A DNA stretch of 61,861 nucleotides, from positions 1 to 61,861 of the forward strand of contig MFGB01000008.1 in NCBI GenBank assembly GCA_001780275.1, read 5' to 3'. Positions 38,798-48,292 of the stretch are shown piece by piece. Under the pieces are notes generated by a model that saw only the letters and a list, made by a program, of their open reading frames with translations, was not told the DNA's origin and made no database searches. Made by a program: the position numbers and the translations under genes. The stretch is from Candidatus Falkowbacteria bacterium RIFOXYA2_FULL_47_19 (GTDB taxonomy: Bacteria > Patescibacteriota > Patescibacteriia > Patescibacteriales > UBA12075). Position 1 is the first letter of the stretch. Every line of letters begins with the position of its first letter.

Positions 38798-39355
38798 TTA
38801 AATTTTTTCCATTACGGCTATGACCGCTTTTTCCAGCTCCTCATAATTTCCGTCATTCGTGATTTTAAAATCGGCGGTTTTGCCGACCTCCGCGATCGCG
38901 GCTTCGGTCGGCGCCTTTTCTTTCTCCAGGAATTCCTCAAGAGTTGCTAAATTTTCCCCGGCCTTTTCCCCGCGTTTCTTGCTTCGTTCGTATCTGATCT
39001 TCGGGTCAGCGGTTACGTAGATCAAGGTAAAGCTTTCTTTGTAAACTTTTTTAAAGGGGTCGGTGTCGCCCTTCATCCGGATACCGTCCACGATCACGAG
39101 GTCCGAATCGATGTTTTCCACGTCTTTCAGAGCCGCGTCCATAAGCACGGAATCTCCAAAGCCCCTTTTAAGTATCATGGCCAGATTGATCAGGTTTTCG
39201 CGGCTAAAAGGAATATGCAGGCTGTCCAGGGTGCGCCTTAAGATGCTTGAGGTGGTGATCCGGACGCCGCCGTATCTTTTTATAATAATATCCGAGGCGG
39301 ACCCTTTGCCGCCGGCTTGTTCGCCGATTATGCCGATGATGGTTTTCTTTTCCAT
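38798..39355 (-). CDS. P-loop nucleotide kinase (dephospho-CoA/NMP-kinase-like)
   Basis: IIGIIGEQAGGKGS, IVDGIR, IYVTADPKIRYER, ADFKITNDG. Confidence 0.75.
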   Translation of the reverse strand: MEKKTIIGIIGEQAGGKGSASDIIIKRYGGVRITTSSILRRTLDSLHIPFSRENLINLAMILKRGFGDSVLMDAALKDVENIDSDLVIVDGIRMKGDTDPFKKVYKESFTLIYVTADPKIRYERSKKRGEKAGENLATLEEFLEKEKAPTEAAIAEVGKTADFKITNDGNYEELEKAVIAVMEKI

Positions 39356-39372
39356 GTTGTTGATTAAAATTA

Positions 39373-39924
39373 TTAAGTAAGGTTTTTAATTATTTTATCA
39401 ATTTGCAGGTATAATTCGTCAAAATCCGCGTTATTTATAACCGTATGATCGGCCATAGCGATCGGACCGGCTTGCGACAGATTTTCAATTTGGGCGTAAT
39501 CGCGGCCTTGCGCTTCTGCCCGGGTGAGCGGCCTGATCTTTCTTGTTTCAAGTCTTTTATATCTTATTTCCGGCGAGGCGTAGATCGCGATATTTTTGAA
39601 CCGATCGCCGAATTTTTCTTTGAAGCGTTTATACTCCACCCAATCGTACAAACTTTCCACCAGAATAACGTTATTTTCCAGGCTTTCGATTTTTTTTATT
39701 ACCTGGTCGGCGTAATGCAGGCGTCCGAATTCGGCCCGCAAGCCCTCCCTAACCGTTCTTTCATTCTGCTCGTTTACCGGAAGGCCCCTTCTTCTTATTT
39801 CATCAAATGTAACATCCCCGAAATATACTTTCGGCCAGCCGTATTTTTCCATCAGATAATCAATCGTTTCCGTTTTACCGGATCCGGGTAATCCTAAAAT
39901 GGCGATTATGGTTTTATTTAGCAT
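39373..39924 (-). CDS. P-loop nucleotide kinase (dephospho-CoA/NMP-kinase-like)
   Basis: GLPGSGKT, FGD, AIYASPEIRYKRL, IAMADHTVIN. Confidence 0.78.
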   Translation of the reverse strand: MLNKTIIAILGLPGSGKTETIDYLMEKYGWPKVYFGDVTFDEIRRRGLPVNEQNERTVREGLRAEFGRLHYADQVIKKIESLENNVILVESLYDWVEYKRFKEKFGDRFKNIAIYASPEIRYKRLETRKIRPLTRAEAQGRDYAQIENLSQAGPIAMADHTVINNADFDELYLQIDKIIKNLT

Positions 39925-39935
39925 ATCAAGAAGGA

Positions 39936-41228
39936 TTATTTTTTAGTGATATCCTGCAATCCCCGTCGGATATCCCAGTCATCCATCTCAAGGTCGGAAT
40001 GTAATTTTAGTTTGGGAAATTTTTCAGCAAGCGTCGCGTGCATTTTATGCGCTATTCGCCGCAGAGACGGATGGACTAATTTGCCGGAGCGCAACTCGAC
40101 GACGTAAACGGTCGCCGGCAGGCCGTACGAAACCCGGCAGGCAACATTAAAGCCCATGGCGATATAGTATTGGCGAACTTCGGGAGAAGAATCAAGGCGG
40201 GCGATAGCGGTTTTTTGGCTGTTTATAAGGCTTTCAGCCTTGGTTCTTAAATTCGGCGGCAATTGCTCCAGGTACCAGGAGTTGAAACCGCGGGCGGTGG
40301 TCAGAAGTGGCATGCGGCAGGTGCCGTTGCGATGTCTTTGGATGTCGCGGAACGACCCGAAATCAAGGATAAAATTAAAGACAATATTCCCGAGTTCGCC
40401 CAAGAACAGCGGCAAATTGGTTTTTGGCGGGCGATTCGTGATTGCTTCTTCGTATTTTTCCAGCTCGTTATTATTGATACCGGTTTTAAATTCAAAATCC
40501 TCGGTAAATTCCGTCGGATCAAAATAATTATATTTTTGCACCATGGCCGCGCGGTAGACCTCTGTCTCCTCGTGCAATTTGTGGCTGAAGCTATGGGGAT
40601 ATTTTTCTTTGAGTTCGTAGAGCATAGATTCGGCGATAGCGCGGGTTTCTTCCAGGGGGTGATACTTTAAAAGCGAGAGTTTATCGTGGGCCTGCCGGAG
40701 ATTAGTGTGCCAGCTTAGTTGGGTCGTTATGCCAGCCGGCAGGAAGCCGCGCATAATATCAAAGGAACGGGCCATGATCGCTTTGTCATATACGGTTTCA
40801 TCTTCATCATTCTTTTTCGGATATTTTACTCGCAAATGGTTCCTGACCTCCTCCTGGCTCCCCATATAAAAATTCATCCAGTCGTCTAAGATTTTTTTTG
40901 ATTCCTTGGTGTTTATAGGATCAACGATTTTTTGGGTTGAATAATCAATATAACGGCTCGAGCATTCCTGGCCCGAATAAAGAGGCCAGTCTTGGATGGC
41001 TTTATCCGCCAGCATGCTTAAGCCTTCAGTAAACAGAGTAGTACTGCCGCAATCGGCAATGCTTAAATGGCCGTAGCCGACATAAAATTGTTCCATGAAT
41101 TTTCCCGAACCGGTCTTTTTTACCTTAGCGACATGTTCGGCGACACTTTTTGAACTGCGTGAATAAAGCGCCTGCATCATGGCATTATCTTCGGGATTAA
41201 ATTCATCGTAAATAAATACTTTAGCCAT
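39936..41228 (-). CDS. thyX: FAD-dependent thymidylate synthase (long, tandem-domain form)
   Basis: ALYSRS, YGHLSIAD, ECSSRY, MRGFLPAG..T, DFGSFRDIQRHR, ELRS...VHP. Confidence 0.88.
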   Translation of the reverse strand: MAKVFIYDEFNPEDNAMMQALYSRSSKSVAEHVAKVKKTGSGKFMEQFYVGYGHLSIADCGSTTLFTEGLSMLADKAIQDWPLYSGQECSSRYIDYSTQKIVDPINTKESKKILDDWMNFYMGSQEEVRNHLRVKYPKKNDEDETVYDKAIMARSFDIMRGFLPAGITTQLSWHTNLRQAHDKLSLLKYHPLEETRAIAESMLYELKEKYPHSFSHKLHEETEVYRAAMVQKYNYFDPTEFTEDFEFKTGINNNELEKYEEAITNRPPKTNLPLFLGELGNIVFNFILDFGSFRDIQRHRNGTCRMPLLTTARGFNSWYLEQLPPNLRTKAESLINSQKTAIARLDSSPEVRQYYIAMGFNVACRVSYGLPATVYVVELRSGKLVHPSLRRIAHKMHATLAEKFPKLKLHSDLEMDDWDIRRGLQDITKK

Positions 41229-41246
41229 ATTCGTGTGTCGTTATAA

Positions 41247-41792
41247 TTAAAAACCGGGGAAGGGGATATTGTCCTCTTTTTTCGGAGCCATATCATCGTA
41301 AACCGTCATCTGCTCCGATAATAATTTGAATTTAATGCCGGCGGAAGCGAAGACCTCCTTGCTCCTCGCGCTCGCGTGGTAATCCTGGGCGCAGACTACG
41401 CCGACGATGCCGGCGTTGATTATCATCTTCGCGCAGATATAGCATGGGGTCATCTTGCAGTAAAGAGTGGATCCGTCCAGGGCGATTCCGAAGCGGGCCG
41501 CCTGGCAGATGGCGTTCTGTTCGGCGTGGCTGGTGCGGATGCAGTGCCGCGACTGGCTGCCGTCGTTATGCGTTACCGTATTCATTTCGTGGCCGATCTC
41601 GTCGCAGTGCTCAAGACCCACGGGCGAGCCGACATAGCCGGTCGAGATTATGCGCCGGTTTTTGACGATGACGCAACCCGAACGCCCCCGGTCACAGGTA
41701 CCGCGGCTGCCGACTATTTCAACTATACGCAAAAAATACTCGTCCCAGGAGGGTCGGCGGTAAGAACATTTGTTTGTTAGACCATTATTCAT
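41247..41792 (-). CDS. dCMP deaminase family protein
   Basis: RPSWDEYF, STGYVG.P, HAEQNA, TPCYICAK; probable start MNNGL at 41792. Confidence 0.92.
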   Translation of the reverse strand: MNNGLTNKCSYRRPSWDEYFLRIVEIVGSRGTCDRGRSGCVIVKNRRIISTGYVGSPVGLEHCDEIGHEMNTVTHNDGSQSRHCIRTSHAEQNAICQAARFGIALDGSTLYCKMTPCYICAKMIINAGIVGVVCAQDYHASARSKEVFASAGIKFKLLSEQMTVYDDMAPKKEDNIPFPGF

Positions 41793-41879
41793 ATTAAAAA
41801 TCAAGGCCTGTGGATAAAACTTTTCAGGCTCTTCTATTTTAACAAATAAACAGAGTGGAGGCAAATAAACAGACTGACA

Positions 41880-42040
41880 AGATATTAGATATTGGATATT
41901 TGATATTATGCTACAGTTTTAAATTACCCATGCTGTTTTAAACAGATATAATAATATCCCGTATTTGATTCCTAAATTTACAGCCATAATTTTATACCGT
42001 TCAAATAACTTATGCCTGTATCACAATATCCAATATCAAT
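41880..42040. repeat. Inverted heptamer array pair (GATATTn)n ... (CAATATC)n
   Basis: gatatta gatattg gatattt gatatt, then caatatc caatatc; same unit as the miaB insert. Confidence 0.7.
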
Positions 42041-42102
42041 AAATTAAAACAAAACAACTGCATTGATTCTGCAGTTGTCCTGTTTAAATATGTGATAAAT
42101 TG

Positions 42103-42819
42103 TTATGCCTGTACTTTTATGCCCGGCCCCATGGACGAAGTGATCGTGATGCTATGGATATAGATGCCTTTAACTTTGGCCGGTTTAATCTTTTTGATCG
42201 TTTCGATTATAGTATCGAAATTTTCCGTAAGTTTCACGGGATCAAAAGAAACCTTGCCGATCGCCACGTGCACGTTGCCGGTATCGTCGTTTTTGAAACT
42301 CACTTTGCCCTTTTTGAGTTCCGCGACCGCTTTGGCCGGATTCGGGGTAACGGTTTCATTCTTGGGGCTGGGCATTAGTCCCCGGGTGCCGAGTATCTTC
42401 GCGATCTGAGACAGATTTTTCATCATCGCCGGTTCGGCGACGGCCACCTCGAAATCGGTTTTTTCGGTGTTTTTTATCTCAGCGATCAATTCTTCCCCGC
42501 CGACGATATCCGCTCCGGCCTCTTTAACTTCTTTAATTTTTTCCGGACTGACGAAAGCGGCTACTTTGACGGTTTTACCGGTGCCGTGCGGCAGGCTGAC
42601 CGCGGTCCTGATCTGCTGTTCGCCTTTGCGGGGATCAATTCCCAGTCTCATATGAACCTCGACGGAGGCGTCGAATTTTTCTTTTGATAATTTTTTTACC
42701 CATTCTACCGCTTCAGCGATCGGGTATATTTTGGCTTTATCAAAGCCGGCTTGTTCTTTTTTGGCGGTGTCGGCGGCCGGAATTACGGCAGCCTTTTTGG
42801 CTTTTTTGGCTTTTGCCAT
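42103..42819 (-). CDS. rplA: 50S ribosomal protein L1
   Basis: KFDASVE, LPHGTGK, GADIVGGEELI, LGTRGLMPSPK, SSMGPG; start MAKAKK at 42819. Confidence 0.97.
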   Translation of the reverse strand: MAKAKKAKKAAVIPAADTAKKEQAGFDKAKIYPIAEAVEWVKKLSKEKFDASVEVHMRLGIDPRKGEQQIRTAVSLPHGTGKTVKVAAFVSPEKIKEVKEAGADIVGGEELIAEIKNTEKTDFEVAVAEPAMMKNLSQIAKILGTRGLMPSPKNETVTPNPAKAVAELKKGKVSFKNDDTGNVHVAIGKVSFDPVKLTENFDTIIETIKKIKPAKVKGIYIHSITITSSMGPGIKVQA

Positions 42820-42826
42820 AGTTTTC

Positions 42827-42891
42827 GTGGTGCGGCGACATCTCATAACGCGTAACTCATAACTCGTAACGCACTATGATCGATCTCCCAC
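42827..42891 (-). promoter_or_regulatory. Probable L1-binding autoregulatory leader with heptamer insert
   Basis: Minus strand GTGGGAGATCG ... CGCCGCACCAC just before the rplA ATG; the intervening arm contains (GTTAYGA)n. Confidence 0.6.
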
Positions 42892-43000
42892 AAATTATTT
42901 TGTTAAAAATATATACTTTTGAAATGACCGCGCGTTAAATTTAAATTAACGCACGGCTATTCCAAAACTAAATAGATCAAAAGGCCGTTATTCTCGGCGA

Positions 43001-43423
43001 TTACTTGATTTCTACGCCCATCTGCCGGGCGGTGCCGGCGATGATCTTCATGGCCGCTTCAATATCCTTGGCGTTTAAATCCGGCATTTTTTTCTCCGCG
43101 ATTTCCTTGAGTTGTGCCTTGGTAATGGACCCAACCTTGTCGGTCAAGGGCTTTCCTGAGCCTTTCTGGATCTTGGCCGCCTTTTTTATGAGCTCGGCCG
43201 CCGGCGGGGTTTTCATGATAAAAGTATAGGTGCGGTCCTCGAAAACCGTGATCTCGACCGGTACGATATCACCCGCGCGATCCTTTGAAGCTTCATTGAA
43301 GCGGGTGCAGAATTCCTGGATCTGGAGCCCGTGCTGGCCCAAGGCCGGTCCGACCGGAGGAGCGGGATTGGCCGCGCCGGCCGGTATCTGTAATTTTATG
43401 ACTGTTTTTATCTTTTTTGCCAT
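43001..43423 (-). CDS. rplK: 50S ribosomal protein L11
   Basis: [37 protein letters not shown]. Confidence 0.98.
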   Translation of the reverse strand: MAKKIKTVIKLQIPAGAANPAPPVGPALGQHGLQIQEFCTRFNEASKDRAGDIVPVEITVFEDRTYTFIMKTPPAAELIKKAAKIQKGSGKPLTDKVGSITKAQLKEIAEKKMPDLNAKDIEAAMKIIAGTARQMGVEIK

Positions 43424-43428
43424 ATTGA

Positions 43429-43527
43429 TTAGGCGCTAGCTGTTAGGCGTTAGGCGTTAGGTTAAGGGAGAAGCAATCTAAAAATTTAGATTCCCTAGAG
43501 CCTAAAGCCTATTGCCTAAAGCCTAGC
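43429..43527. repeat. Inverted heptamer array pair between nusG and rplK
   Basis: ttaggcg ctagctg ttaggcg ttaggcg ttagg ... cctagag cctaaag cctattg cctaaag cctag. Confidence 0.8.
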
Positions 43528-43528
43528 T

Positions 43529-44074
43529 TTATATCTTCTTAATTTGTAAAAAGTCGAGCTCCACAGGTGTTTCGCGGCCGAACATTGAAACCAAGACCTT
43601 TATCTTGCCCTTGGCTTCGTCGACATTAGTGATCTTTCCCTCGAGATTCTTGAAGGGTCCGTCCACGATCCTGACCGGCGAACCGACCGAAACGTCGATC
43701 TTGAATTTCGGTTCTTCCACACCCATCCGCTTCTGGAGGTCTTTTACCTCTTTGTCGCTTATGGGCGTCGGAATCGTGCCGGTGCCGATAAAACCGGTCA
43801 CATTCGGCGTATTCCGGACAACGTACCAGGAATCGTCGGTTACGATCATCTCGACCAGGACGTAGCCCGGAAATATCTTTTCCTCAACGACCTTGCGCTT
43901 GCCGTTCTTTATTTTTATTTTCTTTTCGGTCGGAATCAGTATATTAAAAATCTTATCCTCCATATCCATGGACTCGATCCTTTGCTTCAGGTTTTTTTCG
44001 ACGTTTTCCTCGTAACCGGAGTATGTGTGGAGCACGTACCACCGGCGTCCCTGGTTTAAGATTTGTTTAGCCAT
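43529..44074 (-). CDS. nusG: Transcription termination/antitermination factor NusG
   Basis: WYVLHTYSGYE, FPGYVLVEM, VRNTPNVTGF, DGPF, FGRETPVEL. Confidence 0.98.
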   Translation of the reverse strand: MAKQILNQGRRWYVLHTYSGYEENVEKNLKQRIESMDMEDKIFNILIPTEKKIKIKNGKRKVVEEKIFPGYVLVEMIVTDDSWYVVRNTPNVTGFIGTGTIPTPISDKEVKDLQKRMGVEEPKFKIDVSVGSPVRIVDGPFKNLEGKITNVDEAKGKIKVLVSMFGRETPVELDFLQIKKI

Positions 44075-44110
44075 ATTGTTTTTCCGCGATTACGTTTATA
44101 TATTCTTTAC

Positions 44111-44296
44111 TTAGTTAATAATAATGCTTAAAGCCCAGTTAAAAATAAAATCGAGAGCGCCCAAAAAAGCGGCCACGGCCAGGCTGATGCCGATGACCAA
44201 GAGAGTGTAGTTCTTGGTTTCGTTCTTCGTGGGCCAGGTAACCTTTTTCATTTCCTGGACAGCCCCCGATAGATAGAGCGAGAGTTTGTTTGTCAT
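44111..44296 (-). CDS. secE: Preprotein translocase subunit SecE
   Basis: EMKKVTWPT plus single TM and LD; directly upstream of nusG. Confidence 0.95.
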   Translation of the reverse strand: MTNKLSLYLSGAVQEMKKVTWPTKNETKNYTLLVIGISLAVAAFLGALDFIFNWALSIIIN

Positions 44297-44368
44297 AAAA
44301 TTATCTATTATAAGCTAAATTTATTAAATAAAAACAGCCTTGGTGGGCGGTTGTTCATAACTATTATT

Positions 44369-44444
44369 ATAATACAGGATTAAAATTAATATGTCAAGAA
44401 CCTTGATAAAAACGATTGACAAAAAAAATAAAAAATGCTAAATT
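44369..44444. promoter_or_regulatory. Divergent sigma70-type promoters (secE operon and phoH-like gene)
   Basis: Minus: TTGACA (44397-44392)-17-TATTAT. Plus: TTGACA (44416)-17-TAAATT with extended TG. Confidence 0.55.
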
Positions 44445-44531
44445 GAAACTTAACCTGTTCTTCAAAATTTATCGACAAAATAAATAAGATCAGCGAGAGC
44501 AAAAAAGAAGAAACCACGAAAGGAGTCTTTA

Positions 44532-45779
44532 ATGACCCAAGAACAAGTCAGCGGTTCTTCCGACAACAACAAGAAGACATACATTGTCGACGCCAACGTG
44601 CTTTTGGATGACCCTGAATCTCTTTTTAAGTTGCGCAACGGGTGCCAGAACGAAGTTTTGGTCCCTTACCACGTTCTTCTGGAACTGGACAAAAAAAAGA
44701 AAGACCCCCGTTTGGGCCATATCGTCGCCCAGGTCGTCCAGATTCTCAAGGAGAATCCCGATAAGTTCAAGATTCTCCGCGCGGATAAAGTGGCTGCCCC
44801 GTTTGCTAGTCTGGTTGATAATTTTATCATGGACGAAGTCGAGAAGATAGAGGGCGCCATCCTGGTCACCAACGATAATATCATGCAGCTGCAAGCCTTA
44901 TTGCGCGGCATCAACAGCCAGCCCTATCTGGAATCGGTCCCATTCAAATCCGAAGCCGAGCATATCACGGGTTTTGTTGAAAGCCGCGAAGAGATTTTCC
45001 CCAATTGCTTCATGTGGGAAAACGGCAAGCCGGTTTATTTCGGCAATAACGGCGAAAGGGTCATCGGCCACCAGAACAAGATCTGGAACGTGATACCCAG
45101 GAACGTTTATCAGAATCTAGCCCTGGAGCTTATGACCGACGAGAGCGTTGATGTCGTTTCCCTGCAGTCCGAAGCCGGTTACGGCAAAAGTTTTTTGGCT
45201 CTGGCCGCCGCTCTGCATTTAGTGCTTGAGAGGAAGGCTTGTCATAAGATTTATGTGATCAAGCCCATGATCGAAATCGGCCAGTCAATGGGTCTTTTGC
45301 CGGGCGGGGTAAACGAAAAAATGTCGCCCTATATGCGTTATATCCTGGACTTGGTTTTGAAACTGCACAAGATGCGGCCGGCTAACCGCATTTTCGGAAA
45401 ATCAGGCGAGAAGAACAACGATGAGTGCAACGACCAGTTTAACGGTCTGCCGCAATTCAATCCGATGCGCTTTGAACTTCTGCCCCTGACCTATATTCGC
45501 GGCATGAATATCGAAAACGCGGTTGTCATCGTTGACGAGATGCAGAATATGACCAGGGGCGAGTCCCGTGCCCTGCTATCCCGCATGGGTGAAGGCGTTA
45601 AATGCTTCTGCCTGGGCGATACCCACCAGATAGACCATCCCTATCTGAACGCCGAAAACAACGGCCTTAACTGGGTCGTTAAAAAATTCAAAGGCAACCG
45701 CAACTACGCTCACCTGGTTTTAAAGGGCGAGAAGTCCCGCGGACCGATTACCGACATGGTGATCAGATCCGGTTTATAA
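44532..45779 (+). CDS. PIN-PhoH fusion protein (PhoH2/YlaK-like)
   Basis: PIN motifs YIVDANVLL, ELD, VTND; PhoH motifs N.YQ, AGYGKS, GLLPG, YIRG, DEMQN, SRMGE, GDTHQID. Confidence 0.9.
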   Translation: MTQEQVSGSSDNNKKTYIVDANVLLDDPESLFKLRNGCQNEVLVPYHVLLELDKKKKDPRLGHIVAQVVQILKENPDKFKILRADKVAAPFASLVDNFIMDEVEKIEGAILVTNDNIMQLQALLRGINSQPYLESVPFKSEAEHITGFVESREEIFPNCFMWENGKPVYFGNNGERVIGHQNKIWNVIPRNVYQNLALELMTDESVDVVSLQSEAGYGKSFLALAAALHLVLERKACHKIYVIKPMIEIGQSMGLLPGGVNEKMSPYMRYILDLVLKLHKMRPANRIFGKSGEKNNDECNDQFNGLPQFNPMRFELLPLTYIRGMNIENAVVIVDEMQNMTRGESRALLSRMGEGVKCFCLGDTHQIDHPYLNAENNGLNWVVKKFKGNRNYAHLVLKGEKSRGPITDMVIRSGL

Positions 45780-45812
45780 AAAAAATTTTTTCAAAACAAA
45801 CAAAACACCGGA

Positions 45813-46298
45813 TCATTTTGATCCGGTTTTTTTGCGATTATTTACCGTGATTTTAAAGACGACGTTCCGGTAGCGGGGGCCGTCGAGTTCGACGAAAAAT
45901 AGCTCTTCCCATTGGCCGAGGATCGGAAAGCCGTTTACGATATAGATCGTCTGGTCGCGGGGCAGGAAAAGTCTTACGAGGTGCGACTGGCCGTTTTGCT
46001 TTTCGCCCCTGCACATATTTTCCGTGCGGTTGGCGAGGTCGTCGTGTTCCCAGATTATAGTATCGGGCGCTGACCGGGGTATGACCCGGGAAAGGAAATT
46101 AATGATGTCGTTCTTAAGTCCGCTTTCCTTCTCGTTGACGATGATGGCGCCGGTGGTGTGCGGCGAGATAACGGTTATTTGTCCGGCGGCGATCCGGTAT
46201 TTTTCCACGAAGCCATAGACGTATTCGTTAAGCTCGGTAAGTTCCACCCTCGATCCGGACGTAAAGCCCACGAACTCTACGTATTCTTCTGTTTCCAT
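45813..46298 (-). CDS. yjbQ: YjbQ/UPF0047 family protein
   Basis: PHTTGAIIVNE, HDD, NGQSHL, LGQWE..FFVELDGPR. Confidence 0.88.
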   Translation of the reverse strand: METEEYVEFVGFTSGSRVELTELNEYVYGFVEKYRIAAGQITVISPHTTGAIIVNEKESGLKNDIINFLSRVIPRSAPDTIIWEHDDLANRTENMCRGEKQNGQSHLVRLFLPRDQTIYIVNGFPILGQWEELFFVELDGPRYRNVVFKITVNNRKKTGSK

Positions 46299-46443
46299 TT
46301 TTTTATACCCCCGATTATTTTAAAAGTACCTTTTATAAGACTAAAGGATTTAAGGTTGCCTGTCAAACTTAAATAAAACCCCATAAAGTGATTTTTTTAT
46401 TTTTGTAAAGCACTTGCGTTATTTTTAAAATATGTTATAGTGT

Positions 46444-46469
46444 AATTACCAACTAATTTAGTAGGAATT
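46444..46469. promoter_or_regulatory. Putative Rrf2/IscR autoregulatory operator
   Basis: Imperfect palindrome AATTACCAACTAATTTAGTAGGAATT between a TGTTATAGT -10 element and the ATG. Confidence 0.5.
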
Positions 46470-46471
46470 GC

Positions 46472-46873
46472 ATGAAATTTTCCACAAAAACAACTTATGG
46501 CCTAAGGGCTATGATCAAGCTAGCCAAAAACAGAGGCGAGGACAGCGTTTCTTTAACGACTATCGCCAAGGACGAGAAGATTTCGGCTAAATATCTGGAG
46601 CGGCTTTTTTCTAAACTTAAAAAAAACGGCCTGGTAACGGCCGAAAAAGGCGCGGCCGGCGGCTACCGCATAAGCCGGGAAGCAGACAAGATCACGGTTT
46701 TTGATATAATAAAGTCACTAGAGGGAAAAATGACCCCCTTCCACTGCCTGGACGAAGACGGCAAGATCTATTGCGCCGTAAAATGCGACTGCGGCGTGGT
46801 CGCGGTTTTGGGGAAAGTGCAGGCGGCGGTCAATGAAACGTTAAAAAATATTAAATTAAGCGAGTTAATTTAA
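46472..46873 (+). CDS. Rrf2 family transcriptional regulator (IscR-like)
   Basis: STKTTYGLRAM, YLERLFSKL, G..GGY, three C-terminal Cys. Confidence 0.92.
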   Translation: MKFSTKTTYGLRAMIKLAKNRGEDSVSLTTIAKDEKISAKYLERLFSKLKKNGLVTAEKGAAGGYRISREADKITVFDIIKSLEGKMTPFHCLDEDGKIYCAVKCDCGVVAVLGKVQAAVNETLKNIKLSELI

Positions 46874-46886
46874 CTGACGACACAAG

Positions 46887-47630
46887 ATGAAATACGCATT
46901 AACTATTGTATTTTTTCTGATCATTCCCGTAGCCGTGTCCGCCAATAATCTGCTTGATTCAGATCTGGATGGAGTGCCGGATCAGGATGAAATGAATATT
47001 TATCATACGGACTGGAGTAAGCCGGATACCGACGGCGACGGCTATTCGGACTGGCTGGAGCTAAATACCGGTTTTTCGCCCCTGAACCCCAAACCGGCCA
47101 GACTTGAAGATAACGATTTTGACAGCGACGGGCTCTCTGACCGGATGGAATTGAATTTTCATACGGATATTTCTAATCCCGACACCGACGGCGATGGATT
47201 TAAGGACGGGGACGAGATCACGGCTGGTTATGACCCCTTAAATCCGGCCAAGGTTTTGCTCGACAAAAGGATAGAAATAAATACCGGACCGAAGCAGGAA
47301 TTAAGTTATTTTTTGGGCGGTGTTCGGATGGGAACGTTCCGCGTGTCTTCCGGCAAACCCGGCATGCACACGCCCAAGGGCCATTATCAGGTAGATAACA
47401 AGGCGTCGAGGGCTTGGTCAAACCGCTGGGGCCTCTGGATGCCGTATTGGATGGCCCTGGACGGCGGTTATTTTGGGATCCATGAGCTCCCGGAATGGCC
47501 AAACGGAGCCAAGGAGGGAGAGGATCATCTCGGTACGCCCGTATCGCACGGCTGTGTCCGGCTCGGGGTCGGGTCCGCGAAATTTTTGTATGACTGGACC
47601 CCGGTGGGGACGCCGGTATTCATTTATTAA
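46887..47630 (+). CDS. L,D-transpeptidase with Ca-binding DxDxDG repeats
   Basis: Signal peptide; four DSDLDG/DTDGDG-type repeats; TPKG, GIHELP, SHGCVRL. Confidence 0.9.
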   Translation: MKYALTIVFFLIIPVAVSANNLLDSDLDGVPDQDEMNIYHTDWSKPDTDGDGYSDWLELNTGFSPLNPKPARLEDNDFDSDGLSDRMELNFHTDISNPDTDGDGFKDGDEITAGYDPLNPAKVLLDKRIEINTGPKQELSYFLGGVRMGTFRVSSGKPGMHTPKGHYQVDNKASRAWSNRWGLWMPYWMALDGGYFGIHELPEWPNGAKEGEDHLGTPVSHGCVRLGVGSAKFLYDWTPVGTPVFIY

Positions 47631-47644
47631 TGTTTGAATTAAAT

Positions 47645-47745
47645 TACCCGCAAATTTACAAATCAAGTACAAATCTACAAATAACAACTGAAACGTTTTA
47701 TGCGTATTTGTAAATTTGTAAAAAATTTGTAGATTCGTGGGTGAA
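47645..47745. repeat. ACAAAT/ATTTGT inverted-repeat element, copy 3 (diverged)
   Basis: cccgcaaatttacaaat..tacaaatctacaaat ... atttgtaaatttgta..atttgtagattcgtggg. Confidence 0.7.
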
Positions 47746-47759
47746 AAATAATTAAGAAT

Positions 47760-48128
47760 ATGATATACACCGAAAAAGTCATGGAACACTTCAAAAATCC
47801 CCATAATCAGGGATCTATTCCTGATGCGGACGCGGTCGGGCAAGAAGGCAATCCGGTCTGCGGGGACGTCATGAAGGTTTATCTGAAAATAAAAAACGAT
47901 GTCATAGCGGACATCAAGTTTGAAACGCTAGGCTGTGCCGCGGCGATCGCCGTGTCTTCGGCCATGACCGATATGGCCAAGGGCAAAACCCTGGACGAGG
48001 TCATGAAAATGACCAAGGATGATATCGTTAATGACTTGGGGGGTTTGCCGGTCCAGAAAGTGCATTGCTCCATGCTCGGCGTGGACGCCTTGCATCAGGC
48101 GATAAAGAAGTATAGAACCGGGAAGTAA
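47760..48128 (+). CDS. iscU: Fe-S cluster scaffold IscU/NifU N-domain
   Basis: YTEKVMEHFKNPHN, GNPVCGD, FETLGCAAAIA, LGGLP..KVHCS. Confidence 0.93.
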   Translation: MIYTEKVMEHFKNPHNQGSIPDADAVGQEGNPVCGDVMKVYLKIKNDVIADIKFETLGCAAAIAVSSAMTDMAKGKTLDEVMKMTKDDIVNDLGGLPVQKVHCSMLGVDALHQAIKKYRTGK

Positions 48129-48292
48129 GAAGCCGGAAAAAAATAACGGCTTACCGAAGTAAGCCGTGGGGTTTATTAAGGCAATCCGTTGGATCACCTG
48201 GATTTTATTGATATTATATTAATATACGTTATAAAGTTTGTCAAGTGATTTTTAATAATAATTAATATTTTAACTAATAATAAATAAAAAAT

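Noticed and set aside
41800-42100. Replication origin
   Set aside because: Only one DnaA box seen and no dnaA/dnaN nearby.
42820-42846. N-terminal extensions given by the ORF track (rplA; also starts at 41864, 58548, 55519, 29852, 22438, 11836)
   Set aside because: The extensions run through leaders, repeats or upstream genes; downstream ATGs fit family N-termini or SD positions better.
36346-45779. Phage-derived nucleotide metabolism module (thyX, dut, phoH)
   Set aside because: The genes flank the secE-nusG-rplK-rplA core operon and there are no phage hallmark genes.
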